Origin: the human T2T-CHM13v2.0 reference genome, Homo sapiens
Direction: 5' to 3' (one strand)
DNA: 64,000 bases
NCBI RefSeq assembly: GCF_009914755.1
Contig: NC_060939.1
The notes under the pieces are model-generated. The model was not told the DNA's origin and searched no databases. It was given only the letters and a program-made list of their open reading frames with translations. Shown here in pieces: positions 27,416 through 43,855 of the stretch. Made by a program: the position numbers and the translations under genes. Position 1 is the stretch's first letter. Every line of letters starts with the position of its first letter.

Positions 27416-29861
27416 TCATGCCCCAAAACAGCTGAGTTGGAGAACAGGAGGGTCTTAGAAAAAATGACCCTCTGAATGAGAAGAGGGGGTGATCAGACCC
27501 ATGGGGTGGGCTGAGGAACTGGCAGCCCCCTCCCCCAGGACTCACTCCATGAGCACGCTCACAACCCGGTTATGGACAGGATCGTATTAATTTGCCACAT
27601 GCACTTTCCTTTCACAATAGAGCGTGGCCATCTCTGTGTGTCAGTATAATAAAATCTGGGTCATCCTTTGTGACCACAGCCTGTGGTGCAGAGACTGAGC
27701 ATGCCCTCATATAAGACCACAAGCTGTGCTGCAGTGAGCATCCCTGCATGCATTTTCCTGGATGTGTGTGTGCGTGTTTCGCTGGAAGCCAAGAAAACCC
27801 ATTTGGATGCTGCTGTAATTGTCCAGGGCAGATATGCTAAGAGCTTGAACCAGGCTGGGCAAAGAAAGAAGGGGCCAAATTTCCTTTGCCAAAATATCGT
27901 GTGCTTCCTTTGGTCAGTCCCCCATCAGTAATGGGCTGCCATAAACTGAAGATTTAGAGCACAGCAAAGGAAGGGCCTGGGAGCTCTGGGGGCAGCAAGG
28001 AGGAAGAGGAAGGGGTCTGACCTGTTGATTAAAGCAGTGATTAGAATAGAAATGGGTGTGGAGGAGAGCAGCAGCCTCCAAATTATACCTGCCTGGGCAG
28101 GGGCTTCACGCACCAACTCTTGAGCCTCACAGCAACACCAGGCATCTCTGTGTGAGGACTCTGAGGCTCAGAAAGGTGAAGGGGCCTGGCTGAACTCACA
28201 CTGCATGTGAGTGGCCAAGCTGGCCTGCTGATCTGGGCCTGACTGCAAAGCCCTGTGTGTGTGTGGTCTCTAGACAGAGTCTCTCCATTAACAATGCTGT
28301 CCGAGGACACCAGATGGGCAGATCTGGAGGAGCCAAGACCTGGAACTCAACAGGGGCAAGTGCTGGAGAGATGAACCTGGCACTGGTGCAATTAGAGGGA
28401 GCCCAACCAGAAGGCTAGACAGTGGCAGGTGACAAGTGGTGTCTGGTGGGCCCCTGCTGCCAGGAGACCCCTGCTCTCGAAGCCATGGCCTGCCATGCAG
28501 CAGGTGGGAGGCAGTGGCTGAGAAGGCAGGCCATATCCGCAGTCAGCATGAGGCCCAGGTGGTTGCTGGGGGCCGAGCTCTGCTTCCTGGAGGTGTGAGT
28601 CCCCACCCGTATGTACACAGCCTCCCACAGCTTCAGGAAGCCCACAGCCACAGGGGCTCAGCAAACGCAGGAGCAAACTCACTTCCCCATGCCCATTTCC
28701 TCCCCCATCCCAGCTCCCACCTGCTGTTCCTCCATCCAGACCTCTCTGGCTTCACATCGAGGTTGCAGTGAGCTATGATGGTGCCACTGCACGATCCTTT
28801 TCTATTTTGTGCTGTTCAGATTTAAGAAACTCCCTTTGTGAAACTTTATAAATAACAGTAGGGAATTTCTGCTTATAAAACAAATGCATATAAATATAGC
28901 CTATTAATTTTCATATATATATATATATACATGCACATGGGCAGGCATGAATTTTTCTCTCGATTGGGGATTGCACTGATCATTCCTTTTTGTAGCCTGC
29001 TTTTATCACTTCTCAGCGTATTGTGAAGTGTCCACATATGGAGGCCTCATGGCAGAATTGCACGGCTCTTCAGAACAGAGGCTCAAGTCCCTGCAGGCCT
29101 GGATTTCAGACCCTGGCTCTATCACTAATCAGTCTTGTAACTGAGCAAGTTACTCACCTCTCTGGGCCTTGGTTTCCGCATTGGTATAACGGAGATAATA
29201 GTACCTATCCACGCAGGTCTGATGAGAGGACTGAGGGAGGGCACATAAAAAGCTTAGAAGAAGACCTGGAACACAGTGAATGCTCAATGAGCATCAGACA
29301 TTAGGATTGCTGTTGTTCCTGACCTCATGGCTGACTCCAGCCCCCAGCCCCACCTCATACCCCACATCCTGTAGCTGGATCCCAGCCTCCACTAAGCTCT
29401 AACCTGGGTCTCCCAGGGTGACCTTGGGTCCTCTGACTACTGAGCTGTTTGGAGGGCTGATGCCCAGTCACCTTCCAAGTGGCATCCAGTGGGATTTCTG
29501 AGAGGTTCTTCCCTGGGTTCTCAGTGACGTGAGGAATGAGAGGAGTTAGAAGATGGGGAAGGAGGAGGGAAAAGGTGAAGAAATAGCTATGATCGAGCCA
29601 GACCCTGCAAACCTGGCCCTGGATCTTCTCAAGTCTCCATTGCCCATAGGCCTCCTCCCCTGTGTCCACACCTGGGGTTTCCCCCTGAGTTGGTATCACA
29701 GGACGTGATGTGGCCCCGGGGAGAGAACATTAGTGTGGCTGCCCTCACATGGCCAGGATGGGTGAGGATCAAGTTATAACCACCCTTCCAGGGAGCTGCT
29801 AAGACTTAGGGCCATGGCTTGGGGCTCCTGGTGCTCACTGGCCTTGTGGGGGACCCACTGA

Positions 29862-30362
<501 letters not shown>

Positions 30363-30388
30363 TGAGCTGGGAGAGGCTTCCTCCCTGA

Positions 30389-30559
<171 letters not shown>

Positions 30560-30683
30560 TGAGAAGAGTCTGGGAGGAGAAGGGAGAACAGGCACAGAGG
30601 GAATGGAAGCACGGAAGAAAGGGGGACCAGCCTGGTGGAGGATTCAGCAGAGGGGCCGAGGTGGACCCTCAGGGCCAAGGTAG

Positions 30684-30896
<213 letters not shown>

Positions 30897-30902
30897 TGAT
30901 GA

Positions 30903-31061
<159 letters not shown>

Positions 31062-31498
31062 TGATGTGATCAGCTCCCCAGCTTCTGCTCCACCCCTGGA
31101 GGCCCTGCCTTCCTGGAGCCTCTCAGCTTCAGGAGAACCTGCGAAGAGGTCCCCTGCACTCAGTTATGTCTGTGGGCCTGGGAGACCCAGGATTGCCCTG
31201 CTCCCCTCCTCATTCAGGCGCCCCATCCAGAGATCCCCTGAGCTCCCTCCTTCCCTGGAAGCCCCTCAGAACACAATTGGGATGCAGTGTGAGCCAGGCT
31301 AGAAAGAGGGTGGACCTCCAGAGGAGGGCCCTGCAGACTAGCACAGCAGAGAGGGCCTTCCCCTGAAGAAGGGCCACCTGGGGCAACACTTCCCAGCTCC
31401 TAGCCCCAGGATCCGTCGAATTATTTCCCCATACCGCCAAAGATTCTGCCTCTGCAAAGCAAACAAACAAAAATACTTTGATTAAATCAATGATCTGG

Positions 31499-31800
31499 GG
31501 CCAGGCGCAATGGTTCATGCCTGTAATCCCAGCACTTTGGGAGGCCGAGGAGGGCAGATCACTTGAGGTCAGGAGTTCAAGACCAGCCTGGCCAACATGG
31601 TGAAACCCCATCTCTACTAAAAATACAAAAATTAGCTGGGCATGGTGGCGGGCACCTATAATCCCAGCTACTTGGGAGGCTGAGGCAGGAGAATCACTTG
31701 AGCCCAGGAGGCAGAGGTTGCTGTGAGCCAAGATTGTGCCACTGTACTCCGGCCTGGGTGACAGAGGGAGACTCCGCCTCAAAATAAATAAATAAATAAA
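31499..31800 (+). mobile_element. Alu (AluS-like)
   Basis: Full dimer with (TAAA)n tail. Confidence 0.95.
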
Positions 31801-32347
31801 TGATTTGGAGGTTTTCTTCCCCATCGATATTAACCAAAAGCCACCTAAAACTGCCAATCAGCCTCTGATAAGCAGAAAGGACCAGGTAACACCATATCAG
31901 GCCAGCCCAAAGCAAGGGATTTCCCTGAGCCTGCCTGTGCAACCTCACCCAGGGCCCCTGTGTGCCCAGCCCTGTGCTTAGCCTTCACCGCTGAGGGTCT
32001 CAGGGGCAGGAGGGTGTTTCTAGGAGCCTTTAGAATGCAATGAAAGCTGGGCTGGCCTTTCAGGAAGCCTGAGGTCATCCAGGAGTCTGGATGAGACTGA
32101 GAAGGCAACCTAGGGAGGGGAAACAGCCAGATCAAAGGCCCAGGGAGTGAGAAGAATTCCAGGATCAGAGAAGGGAGGAAGAGAGAGAGGTGAGGAGCTG
32201 AAATACACTGAAGACAAATGAGGAGTTAGAGAGAACGTTGAGGTCAGGTTCTAAAGAGCCTAGAAGGACAGCCTGTGTGCACCTGATCCCACTGGTGGTA
32301 GGGAGCCATTGAAGGCTTGGGAGTAGAGGGGAGGGGTGGCAGATTGA

Positions 32348-32608
<261 letters not shown>

Positions 32609-32971
32609 TGACCTGGGCCTGCCTATGCCGGTCACTGGGTGCCCAGAAATCACCCATGGTACAACCCAAGTTGAAGATCAAGACCAGGAGCTAAGCTTCC
32701 CAGGGTCTCCAGTCTGCCTGGGGGCTCCTGGAATCAGCTCTCAGGCCTTGGTCTTTTTCTCCTGCGGAATGTGTGTCCCCGAACACTTCACCTTTAACCT
32801 CATCTAGCATCCCAGGAGAAAGCAAGCCCCTTGTTGACCCTTGGTCCCTGAACCCTGACCCCTTTTTCACCTGGCTGGCCTCCACCTGGACCCTACACAG
32901 GCCTCTCAAAACTCCCTTCTGGAGCATTCCCTGGTCTTGGTGCAGCCTTGGAGAGCCCTTTTCCATCCCAG

Positions 32972-33073
32972 GTGGACCCCGGGGAGTTGGGAGCAGGAGG
33001 AGACTTGACAGAGAGGCTACAAGAGACGCATGGCCCAGGCCACTCAGAGTGCACAGAGACCCTGCCCGCACAG
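32972..33073 (+). CDS. CCDC33: Candidate CCDC33 in-frame cassette exon (VDPGELGAGG...TLPAQ, 34 aa)
   Basis: TTTTCCATCCCAG| acceptor, CAG|GTGGGT donor, 102 nt, phase 0/0, no stop. Confidence 0.55.
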
Positions 33074-33442
33074 GTGGGTGGCCCAGGGCCCAGAAATGCC
33101 CAGGCCCTGCTCCACCTCTGAAGATGCTTCAGGGGCCCCTTGCTTTACATAAACCCCAAAGCAGAACATTTGGAATCACAGAATATTGGGCAGGGCAGGG
33201 GCACAGGAGAGTTTTCTCTCCATCCCAGGACTCGCCGGAGGTGAGTTCTGTTGAAAGCACACCTGACTCATGGACATCCAGGTAAAGTGTGAGGGATGAG
33301 GTCAACTGCCTCACAGGTTCTTCACTTCACTCAAAGACTCCCAGTGCGTTAATTATAGGGGGCTCCCTAATGCATTTTACATTAAAAAAAATGTTGTGTC
33401 AAAACTTCGTATTCTCAAAATCTGTGTGGGAAACAGCTGTGA

Positions 33443-34508
<1,066 letters not shown>

Positions 34509-34680
34509 TGTTGAAATGTCCATCTGTGTCTTGGTCAGGCTGCCTGACTGTTTGGCCCCCTCACCCTCACCCCGCCACCCCTGAGGTCTCGGGAAGGTGT
34601 CAAGCCCACATGGCCCAGAGCTTTGCTTTCTTCCTGGACAGCAGGCTCAGGCCCTGGTTGTCCTGGCCATCAGGGATTAG

Positions 34681-34920
<240 letters not shown>

Positions 34921-35489
34921 TGAGAAAAGCCATTGTGGAGCCAACTCCAGGGCTGGGGGTCAGGAGTCCTAGGCTCCCATTCCTGCTCCATTACCAACCG
35001 AAGGCTCGGTCTTAATTCCCCCACCTGTCTAAGGGGAACAGAAAACCCCTGCCAAAACTACCCTTTCCCCCATGGGGTGCTATGAAACTCAAGGAGATGA
35101 CTGTGGATGAGGGGTCCATGCAGGCATCTCCAGGATGCCCTGACACTGTGCTTTAGGACTGGCTGCGCTCATGGGCAGAGTAGCTTGTGGCCCTACCCCC
35201 CTGAATCCATAGAGCCTAAGATTCTCAAATTAGCACACCCTTCTCAGATGGCCACGATGTAGGCTCCACTTTGCCAACTTCCCGAGAACAAACAGGCCTG
35301 CTCACAACTGCCCCTCAAGTTCAACCCCGGGACCGCCCAGCCCCGCAAAGCAAAGACCCTGACTTCTCCTGCTCTTGAGCCAGCTGTGCTTTGCCCGTGG
35401 CCAGAAGCTCAGCAGCGGCTCCTGGGAAAGGCCTGGAAAGGATGAGGGAACAGGCAAGGAACAAAGGCAACCTTTGCACACTCACCTGA

Positions 35490-35804
<315 letters not shown>

Positions 35805-35870
35805 GCCCCAGAGCAGGCCTCCTTCCCTGTGTGCTGGGGAGTCTCATCACCGCCCCCTAAAAATGACGTT

Positions 35871-35876
35871 ATTAAA
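35871..35876 (+). terminator. CCDC33: CCDC33 polyadenylation signal ATTAAA
   Basis: Variant hexamer 67 nt after stop, followed by a U-rich stretch. Confidence 0.75.
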
Positions 35877-37525
35877 TGTTGTAGCTCTGTGAGCATTTTC
35901 CTCTTTCCTGGAGCAGGGCAGCCTGGGGGCCCTGCTTCCTCCTCCTAGACCTCACTCTGGGCCTGGGCCTGGGTCTTCTGCTGCAGCCTTACAGCCTCCC
36001 GCCTGCCCCAGGAGCCAGCATCTTTGGAAAGCCAAGGGCCACAGTGGACCCAGGAGGGTGGAGAGAAGAGGCCTTCCAAAGCAGGGGCCAGGGAGACGGG
36101 CCCCTTCCAGACCCGGAGAAGAAGCAAGGCCACCAGAGACCAGCTCTGTTGGGAAATACGAGGGAGGCTTGTCCTTTTCATCTGCCCCAAAACATCTATC
36201 ATGTCTGATATTCCTTCTTTCAAGTTTGGTTTGTCTGTCTCTTGGAAAGGGAAAGACTTGGAGGCTTGAAGCCTTCCTGTGGCAGTCACGTATCATTGTG
36301 GAATACTCCATTAAGCCACTAGGCTGAGCTGGCAATGATGTGTCCAAATGTAGCCGGGGCAGGAGAGCAGATTGGGCCAGGGGGAAGGAGGCACCTACAG
36401 GGAGTCAGGAGGCCCAGGTTCTGGGGGCAAACAGGCTGTGTGACCTCAAGGGACCCAAGCAACCTCTCTGGACTTCAGTGTCCCCATCTATTCCATGTAG
36501 AGCTTGACCTCATTGGCTGTAAGCCTCTTTCCAGCTATAACATTTCTGAGTCAAAGCTGACTCAGGACCAGAGAAGAAAAAGGACACAGGAAGGAAAGAC
36601 AAAGACAACAGGGAAGAGGATTTTGTGGTGGGGAAAGCAGAAGGGCTCCAAGAGTGGATCCAGATCCCACAGCTTCGGGCAGGAGAGGCCAGGCCAGCTG
36701 GACCACTGGCCTCAGCTGGACTAGCTCCCCCACCTGCCTGCAGGACTTAGACTTGGATAGCCGAGGGCCAAGAGGAATCAGGTCAGGAGTTGGGAGACCC
36801 CAAGGGATTAGGGGGCGGAAGTCGAGACCAGTGTCATTCAGTCCAAATGACAAACCAGCGGCTCTGCTGCAGAATAGTATCCCCACCTCCCACCCTTGGA
36901 CAAGGGGGCGCAAGCCCCCAGAGCAAGAACACGAGGCCTGGAGCAAGCCCAGAGGAGGCCCGGGAATGGTAAAGGAAGCAGGCTGGCCTCTCATCCCCAG
37001 TCAGCCACCTCACACCAGCCCTTCAGTAGCAGGGGTTCTCACCCACAGTTCTCGGCCTTTGCCATGCCCAGGACTCTGGCTGGGCCTTGGCAGGAAGTCC
37101 TCATGCCCCACAGGGAACTCCCACCCAGAGTTCACCCAAGCAGAGCCCTGTGCGAGCCTTACCCCTGTGGGGCAGGTCCACTCAGAAAGGCAGTACTGGC
37201 CCACACTTCTTGGGGCCACCCACAGAACTCCCCAGTTCTCCTTTGTCCTTCTGCCTGATGCTTCTGTAGCTCCTGGCACAGTAGCAGTTGCCTCCCCTCC
37301 TCTGCCCCACTCTGCCTCACCCCTTGCCCCAGGGAGCCTGGAGTTGATTCTGCTGGCTCCTGAACTGCCATGGGTGAGGGGGTCCCAGCAGAGGTGGCTT
37401 CAAGTGTGGCTACCTGGGGTCTCCTGAGCATGCCCAGATCCTGCTTTAACACAGGAAGCATCTCCACGGGAGTGATGAACACCTAATGAGTCTGATGGAA
37501 CGCAAGACACCACATGGTTCAGCTG

Positions 37526-37531
37526 TTTATT
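37526..37531 (-). terminator. CYP11A1: CYP11A1 polyadenylation signal AATAAA
   Basis: TTTATT on +, ~190 nt downstream of the stop. Confidence 0.85.
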
Positions 37532-37722
37532 GTCTCCATGGGGTGGGTGAAGAGGAGTGGCCCAGCTGAGCTGAGGAAGGTGACCACTGAGAACCCATTC
37601 AACCTGCTGAGCAGGCTGGGCAGAAAGGAGCAGGACTTGGGACAGACGACTGAAGATGCAGAGACCCCATGGGCCCCACCCCTGGGCCTTCCTCCCATGT
37701 GGCTGCAGGCCATCCTCTCTGA

Positions 37723-37920
<198 letters not shown>

Positions 37921-38321
37921 TCACCCATAGGCAGTGCCTGTGGAGTGTGATTTGAGGAGTTCCAAGGAGTTCACCACCAGCTCCTGGTGTAACCCTGCAC
38001 AGTGCCTGATAATGCACCCTTAGTGCTGCATTCCCTTGATTTAGGCCTAGACCTTAACTTGTCTACAAACCTCAGTCCTATCCCATCCCATCACCACCAT
38101 GGGGAATGGATGGCCAGGGGCATCAGTGGGTGATGAGTGGTTGAGCCCGAAAGAGGGGGCAGCAGAGAACTGTGGGAGAGAGCGAGAGCAAGTAACTGGA
38201 GGTAGATGCGCCCCAGCACTGACATCCTTGGGCTCTGGACAGAGATAGGAGGAGGAAGATTGGTGCCTTCATTAGGGCCAGGGCCAGCCCAGGGTGCCTA
38301 GATGTCCCCAGCTTGACTCAC

Positions 38322-38519
38322 ATTGATGAGGAAGATGGTCATCTCTAGCTCAGCGATCCGCCGTCCCAGACACTGCCGCACACCCCAGCCAAAGCCCAAG
38401 TTCCGGAAGTAGGTGATGTTCTTGTCTTTGCTCAGCCATCGGGTTGGGTCAAAATTTTCCGGGTCGAAGAAGAAGGTGGGCTCTCGGCCCAGAGCATAGA
38501 TGGCCACTTGCACCAGTGT
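38322..38519 (-). CDS. CYP11A1: CYP11A1 exon 8 (heme-binding [10 protein letters not shown])
   Basis: 198 nt, AG/GT bounded, P450 cysteine-ligand signature. Confidence 0.98.
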
Positions 38520-38987
38520 CTGGGGCAAGGTGATCAGAGGCCTGAGTAAGCCCCACTTCCCCACAGCCCTGAGCACAAAACCCCCTTCCCTAGTCCCCTG
38601 CCCTCTCACCACCACTCCCACTCCCCAGCATGGCTGCCCAGCTCTCCAGGGCAGGACATTCTGCCCACTGTGCAGCCTTGAACAAGGCCCCGCCCCTCTG
38701 TAATCCTTACCCACCAAATGGGGATGGCTGAAGACCCAAGGCCAGGATGATTGTCCCACCCTTTCCTCAGACCCAGGCAAATCATGAAGTCTCCCTCCTA
38801 ACCCTGGGTTCCAATAACATCCTAGAGGTCACCGCCCACCATGCCCACCACCTCTGCCCTTCATTCAGACTTAGACTGCTGCCATCAAGGGCCCCACCAG
38901 GGCCCCAGTGCCACCCTCTGTCTGCAATTCCAGCCTGCCCCAGCCCTCTCTGACTGGCAGAGCCTGCAGCCTGCTGGCTGCACCTAC

Positions 38988-39066
38988 CTTGGCAGGAATC
39001 ATGTAATCTCGAAGAACCAAGTCATTTACAAGATATCTCTGCAGGGTCACGGAGATGGGGTGAAGT
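38988..39066 (-). CDS. CYP11A1: CYP11A1 exon 7 ([10 protein letters not shown]...IPAK)
   Basis: 79 nt, AG/GT bounded. Confidence 0.97.
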
Positions 39067-39337
39067 CTGCGGGAGGAGGGCACTCAGAAGCTGATGGCCC
39101 CAAAGGCTGGACACAGCCGCCGGAGCCCCACACCCTGTGTGGCATCTCAGCCCTAGCTGCAGCAGCCTGGGGGGACCTGGGGGTAGGGCCCTGGCTCTAT
39201 TTCTTTCTCCTCCAGACTTTTCACTTCCTGCTTCCAACCTCCTCCACCAGCCCATCCTCGTAACCCTTTCCCCGGGCACTTCCCTGGCCCTGCCCAGGGA
39301 TTGGAGTTGGGGGCGGCATGGGTGGTTGTGGGCTTGC

Positions 39338-39504
39338 CTTAGTGTCTCCTTGATGCTGGCTTTGAGGAGGGGGACCAGCTGTAGCATCGTGGCCATGTCT
39401 CCCTGGGCCTGGTGCCGCGCAGCCAAGACCTCTGCCCGCAGCATATCCTGCACCTTCAGGTTGCGTGCCATCTCATACAAGTGCCACTGCAGGGTCATGG
39501 ACGT
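39338..39504 (-). CDS. CYP11A1: CYP11A1 exon 6 (TSMTLQW...KETLR) with GC donor
   Basis: 167 nt; ExxR motif; donor AAG|GCAAGC. Confidence 0.97.
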
Positions 39505-40321
39505 CTGGTGGGGAGTAGGGTATACAGAAGACCAGGAGGGCCTGTCACTCCGGGGCCCCTTGAGGTCCTTGACCCCATGGTAAATTTTCATTTCCAAGAA
39601 CCTCTTTCTCCCCGAACCCCATCCCAGTCTCCAAGACCATCCTCTGCAAGAGCAAAACACATTCCATTGTCTAAAAGGCAAATGTCCAAGAAGGCTTTCT
39701 TGCCGGCCAGGCAGGAACATTCAGGGCAGCACTTGTCCCTGCCCTCGTCCCTCATGTCACCAAAAACCCACTCATGTCCACAGTGAGTAGAGTGTCAGCT
39801 ACACAGCCAATGCCTTCTTCCAAAGAATTCCAGAGGCCCTTAGAGGCCAAATCCTTCTGTAATGATTGCACTCCAGAATGACTGCCATTCCTTTTGAAAT
39901 GCCTTGTTAAACAACCACCCCTCTTTCCAGTAGAACTTCCTAAAACCTTAGGCTTCACCTATAGCAACATGGCTTCAAGTAAGGCTCAAAGAAGCTGAAA
40001 CCAGACCAGCCGGATGTTTCCTATCAGTGTTGCAATTAGGGTGTGGTGTGTGTTGAAATTAATCAGCTAATCTCAACGTAAGCCAGAGGCTGTGACCACT
40101 AGCCCTTCGCCAGAGATCTGAGTGACCCTCATCAAACCCCACAGTCCCAGATTCCTCAATGATGACAAACCAGGCCCGTTTGGGACTCCAGCCTGGAGCA
40201 GCCCTCCCTCCTGGGGACTAGGACATGGGTTGTTGACACATTATCTTACCAAGGATCATATTTTTGTCCAACAGACTTAGACACCCACCTCCCTCCTCCT
40301 GGCAGGGGCAACAATGACAAG

Positions 40322-41012
40322 CTGTGAGGTACCATTTATTAAGCATATATTATATGGCAGGCAGGGTCCTAAGCTGTTTACATATGTTACCTCGTTTAAT
40401 ACTCACAAACAACCCTCTAAGGTATGTTACCATCATCCCCCTTTTTCAGATGCGGAAACTGAAACAACACACAGCTCCTTCTCAGCTTAAAATCCTTGCC
40501 TGGCTCCCCAGAGCCTCCAGATGAAATACAGAGGCTCAGGCCTGAGCCACAGGGCCCCTCAACACCTGCCTGCTGCTCCCCAATACCCCACTCCCCACCT
40601 CTCTCCAACACACACCTAATGTTCCAGCTACATGGAGTGGCACACAGCCCCTGAAGCCCAGAAGTCTTCCCCACGCTAGGTCCTCTTCCTGGAATTCCCT
40701 TCCCCGCCTAAGAAGGAAGGATGTGCTCCCTCTGCAAGACTCTAATCAAATGTGTGTATTCATCTCAGTACTGCCAAGGCCTGCCATAGAGATGTACTTG
40801 GGATTTAATAAGGTGGTTAACTATGTTACTAGCTGTGTGACCTCGACCAAGTTATTTAACCTCTCTGTGCTCTACTTTCCTCATCTGAAAAAGGGGGATG
40901 ATGGTAACATACCTTAGAGGGTTGTTTGTGAGTATTAAATGAGGTAACATATGTAAACAGCTTAGGACCCTGCCTGCCATATAGTATGTGCTTAATAAAT
41001 GTGACCTCACAG
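40322..41012. repeat. Inverted repeat of MIR-derived sequence (arms 40322-40458 and 40876-41012)
   Basis: 137-bp arms, 6 mismatches counted by eye, 417-bp spacer. Confidence 0.93.
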
Positions 41013-41412
41013 TAATCGTTTCTTTGGTGCCGGTGAGTGATTTTTGAAGATCTCTTCTACGTAATAGACAATGAACTATGTTTAAGGTATGCTCAAAGGC
41101 TCCATTTGCAGTCTGTCTCAGGGATGGAAACTCCTTCATCAGAGTGTAACACAGATATAATACCTGGGAATGAAAGTGATTCACCCAGGGGGCTTGACAT
41201 GTGCTTCTCCCTAGTCCTGAAATGCTATTCCTTCTCTCTCCTCCTGGCAACAGCCTGCAAGACACGCACGTTGAATTTTAGCTCCTCTGTGGAGCCTTCT
41301 CCGTGTCCTTCATGGCCACATTAGCCACTCCCCACCTCTCAGCTTTGTCAGTGGCAGGTGCTTGCCTCTGTCACTGCAGTGTGCTATTCCTCCGTTCACA
41401 CTGCTGCCTCCC

Positions 41413-41799
41413 TGTTATAGGCTGAGCTGTATACCCCCTCCCAAAATTCATCTGCTGAAGTCCTAACCCTCAGAACCTCAAATGTGACTATATTTGGAGA
41501 TAGAACCTTTAAAGATTTTAAAGTAAAATGAAGTCCTTGAGGAGGATCCTAATCCAGTTCTGATTAGTGTCCTCATGAGGAGAGACAATTCTGACACAGA
41601 CACAGAGGGAAGCCCATGTGAGACAGAGGGAGAAGACGGCCATCTACAAGCCAAGGAAAGAGGCCTTTAGAATGCACCAACCCTGCCAACACCTTGACCT
41701 TGAACTTCCAGCCTCCGGAACTGTGAGAAAATCAATGTTTGTTGTTTAAATCGCCCAGTCAATGCCATTTTGTTACAGCGGCCCTAGCAAACCAGTACA
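41413..41799 (+). mobile_element. MLT1 (MaLR) solo LTR, MLT1A/B-like
   Basis: TG...CA ends; CCAAAATTCAT, AATGTGACTATATTTGGAGATAG, CTTCCAGCCTCCGGAACTGTGAGAAAAT. Confidence 0.85.
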
Positions 41800-41847
41800 C
41801 CCCTCCCCTCTGAGCCACGTGAGGACATTTGAGGTCTACTGTATTCC

Positions 41848-42132
41848 TTTTGAGATGGAGTCTCACACTACCACCTGAGCTGGAGTGCAGTGGTGCGATC
41901 TCGGCTCACCACAATCTCTGCCTCACGGGTTCAAGCGATTCTCCTGCCTCAGCCTCCTGAGTAGCTGGGATTGTAGGTGCCCACCACCAGGCCCAGCTAA
42001 TTTTTTGTATTTTTAGTAGAGATGGGGTTTCACTATGTTGGCCAGGCTGGTCTCGAACTTCTGACCTCATGATCCGCCCACCTCTGCCTCCCAAAGTGCT
42101 GGGATTACAGGCATGAGCCACTGCGCCCGGCC
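41848..42132 (-). mobile_element. Alu (AluS-like), very short tail
   Basis: Reverse Alu dimer. Confidence 0.93.
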
Positions 42133-42715
42133 AGGACTGATTATTCTTAATATCCAAAGAAAGAAGTTTCTAGGGTGCCATGCTGCTATGGAAAGAGCAC
42201 TGGGGATGCCTCTGGGCGTTGGGGGCACCGTAGGGTACTGAGGTCTGGAAAGGGGAGGAGGAAGGACAACAAAAAGACCATGGACGGCAGAGCCCACAGC
42301 AAATGCCTGGGCCTCCCAATGTTTCCGGGCTCCTGCCTGCTTCCCTGGATTTGAGTGAGTGTGTTCTCCACCAGGAGCTGGGGGCATTGTCCTCCATCAG
42401 CAGGGCTCTGATAGAGCAAGCCTCCAGAGGGGACCTCCTCCTGTGGAGACTCTACGTGGAACCTGGACCTCACCACCATGCCCGGCCACTCCTCTCTCAC
42501 AGGCAAAGAAAAATAGCTGATCATCCTCAAATCATGCCCTGGGTGACTTGACTTTGACCCCACCATCTTAGGAGATTAGCGCTTTGGAAATGGAGGCAAG
42601 GAGGAAGACATATCCTACATGAGTAGGAACGCCTTGAACAACAGGGTTTCAGACAACGAGGGGCCTGGTGGGGAAGGGGCACGTGGGCACAGGGGGCAAC
42701 AAGGTGCCGCCCCTA

Positions 42716-43087
<372 letters not shown>

Positions 43088-43450
43088 TCATCCCCATTTT
43101 ACAGATAACAGAGGTGCAGAGACATAGTCACTTGCCCAAGGTCACATGGCTGTAAGGGGCAGAGGTGGGATTTGACTCTGCCATACCCTGACGAGCCTTC
43201 TCCACCCAACCTTCCCCATCTCTCCCACCCAAGTCCCTGTCATCCAGCACAGCCGTGGCTCAGACACTGGTCCTTTGCCCTCTGGGGAGCATGAGCTCCT
43301 TTGAAGAAGATCACAGATGTCTTTGCTCCTCTTTTTCCAGAAAAATCTAATAATCCCCAACAGCCAGCCTTCCATCCGCCATTTCCAGGGGTCCCAGGGC
43401 CTTCCTGACACCCACGCCTGCCCGCCACAGTGTGGGTTTCCTACAGGTCA

Positions 43451-43855
<405 letters not shown>

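Noticed and set aside
28757-28792. Isolated ~35-bp Alu fragment (similar fragment at ~44598-44635)
   Set aside because: Short relics, probably truncation or repair fill-in; no evidence of function
31210-31857. 215-aa ORF and many similar ORFs (e.g. 4756, 12955, 20968, 45824)
   Set aside because: Translations of antisense Alu sequence
36654-37427. 257-aa intergenic ORF, the longest in the track
   Set aside because: GTG start, Pro/Ser/Gly-rich composition typical of GC-rich non-coding DNA, no recognisable domain or splice structure
39137-39786. Long + strand ORFs over CYP11A1 exon 6
   Set aside because: Antisense shadows of a GC-rich coding exon
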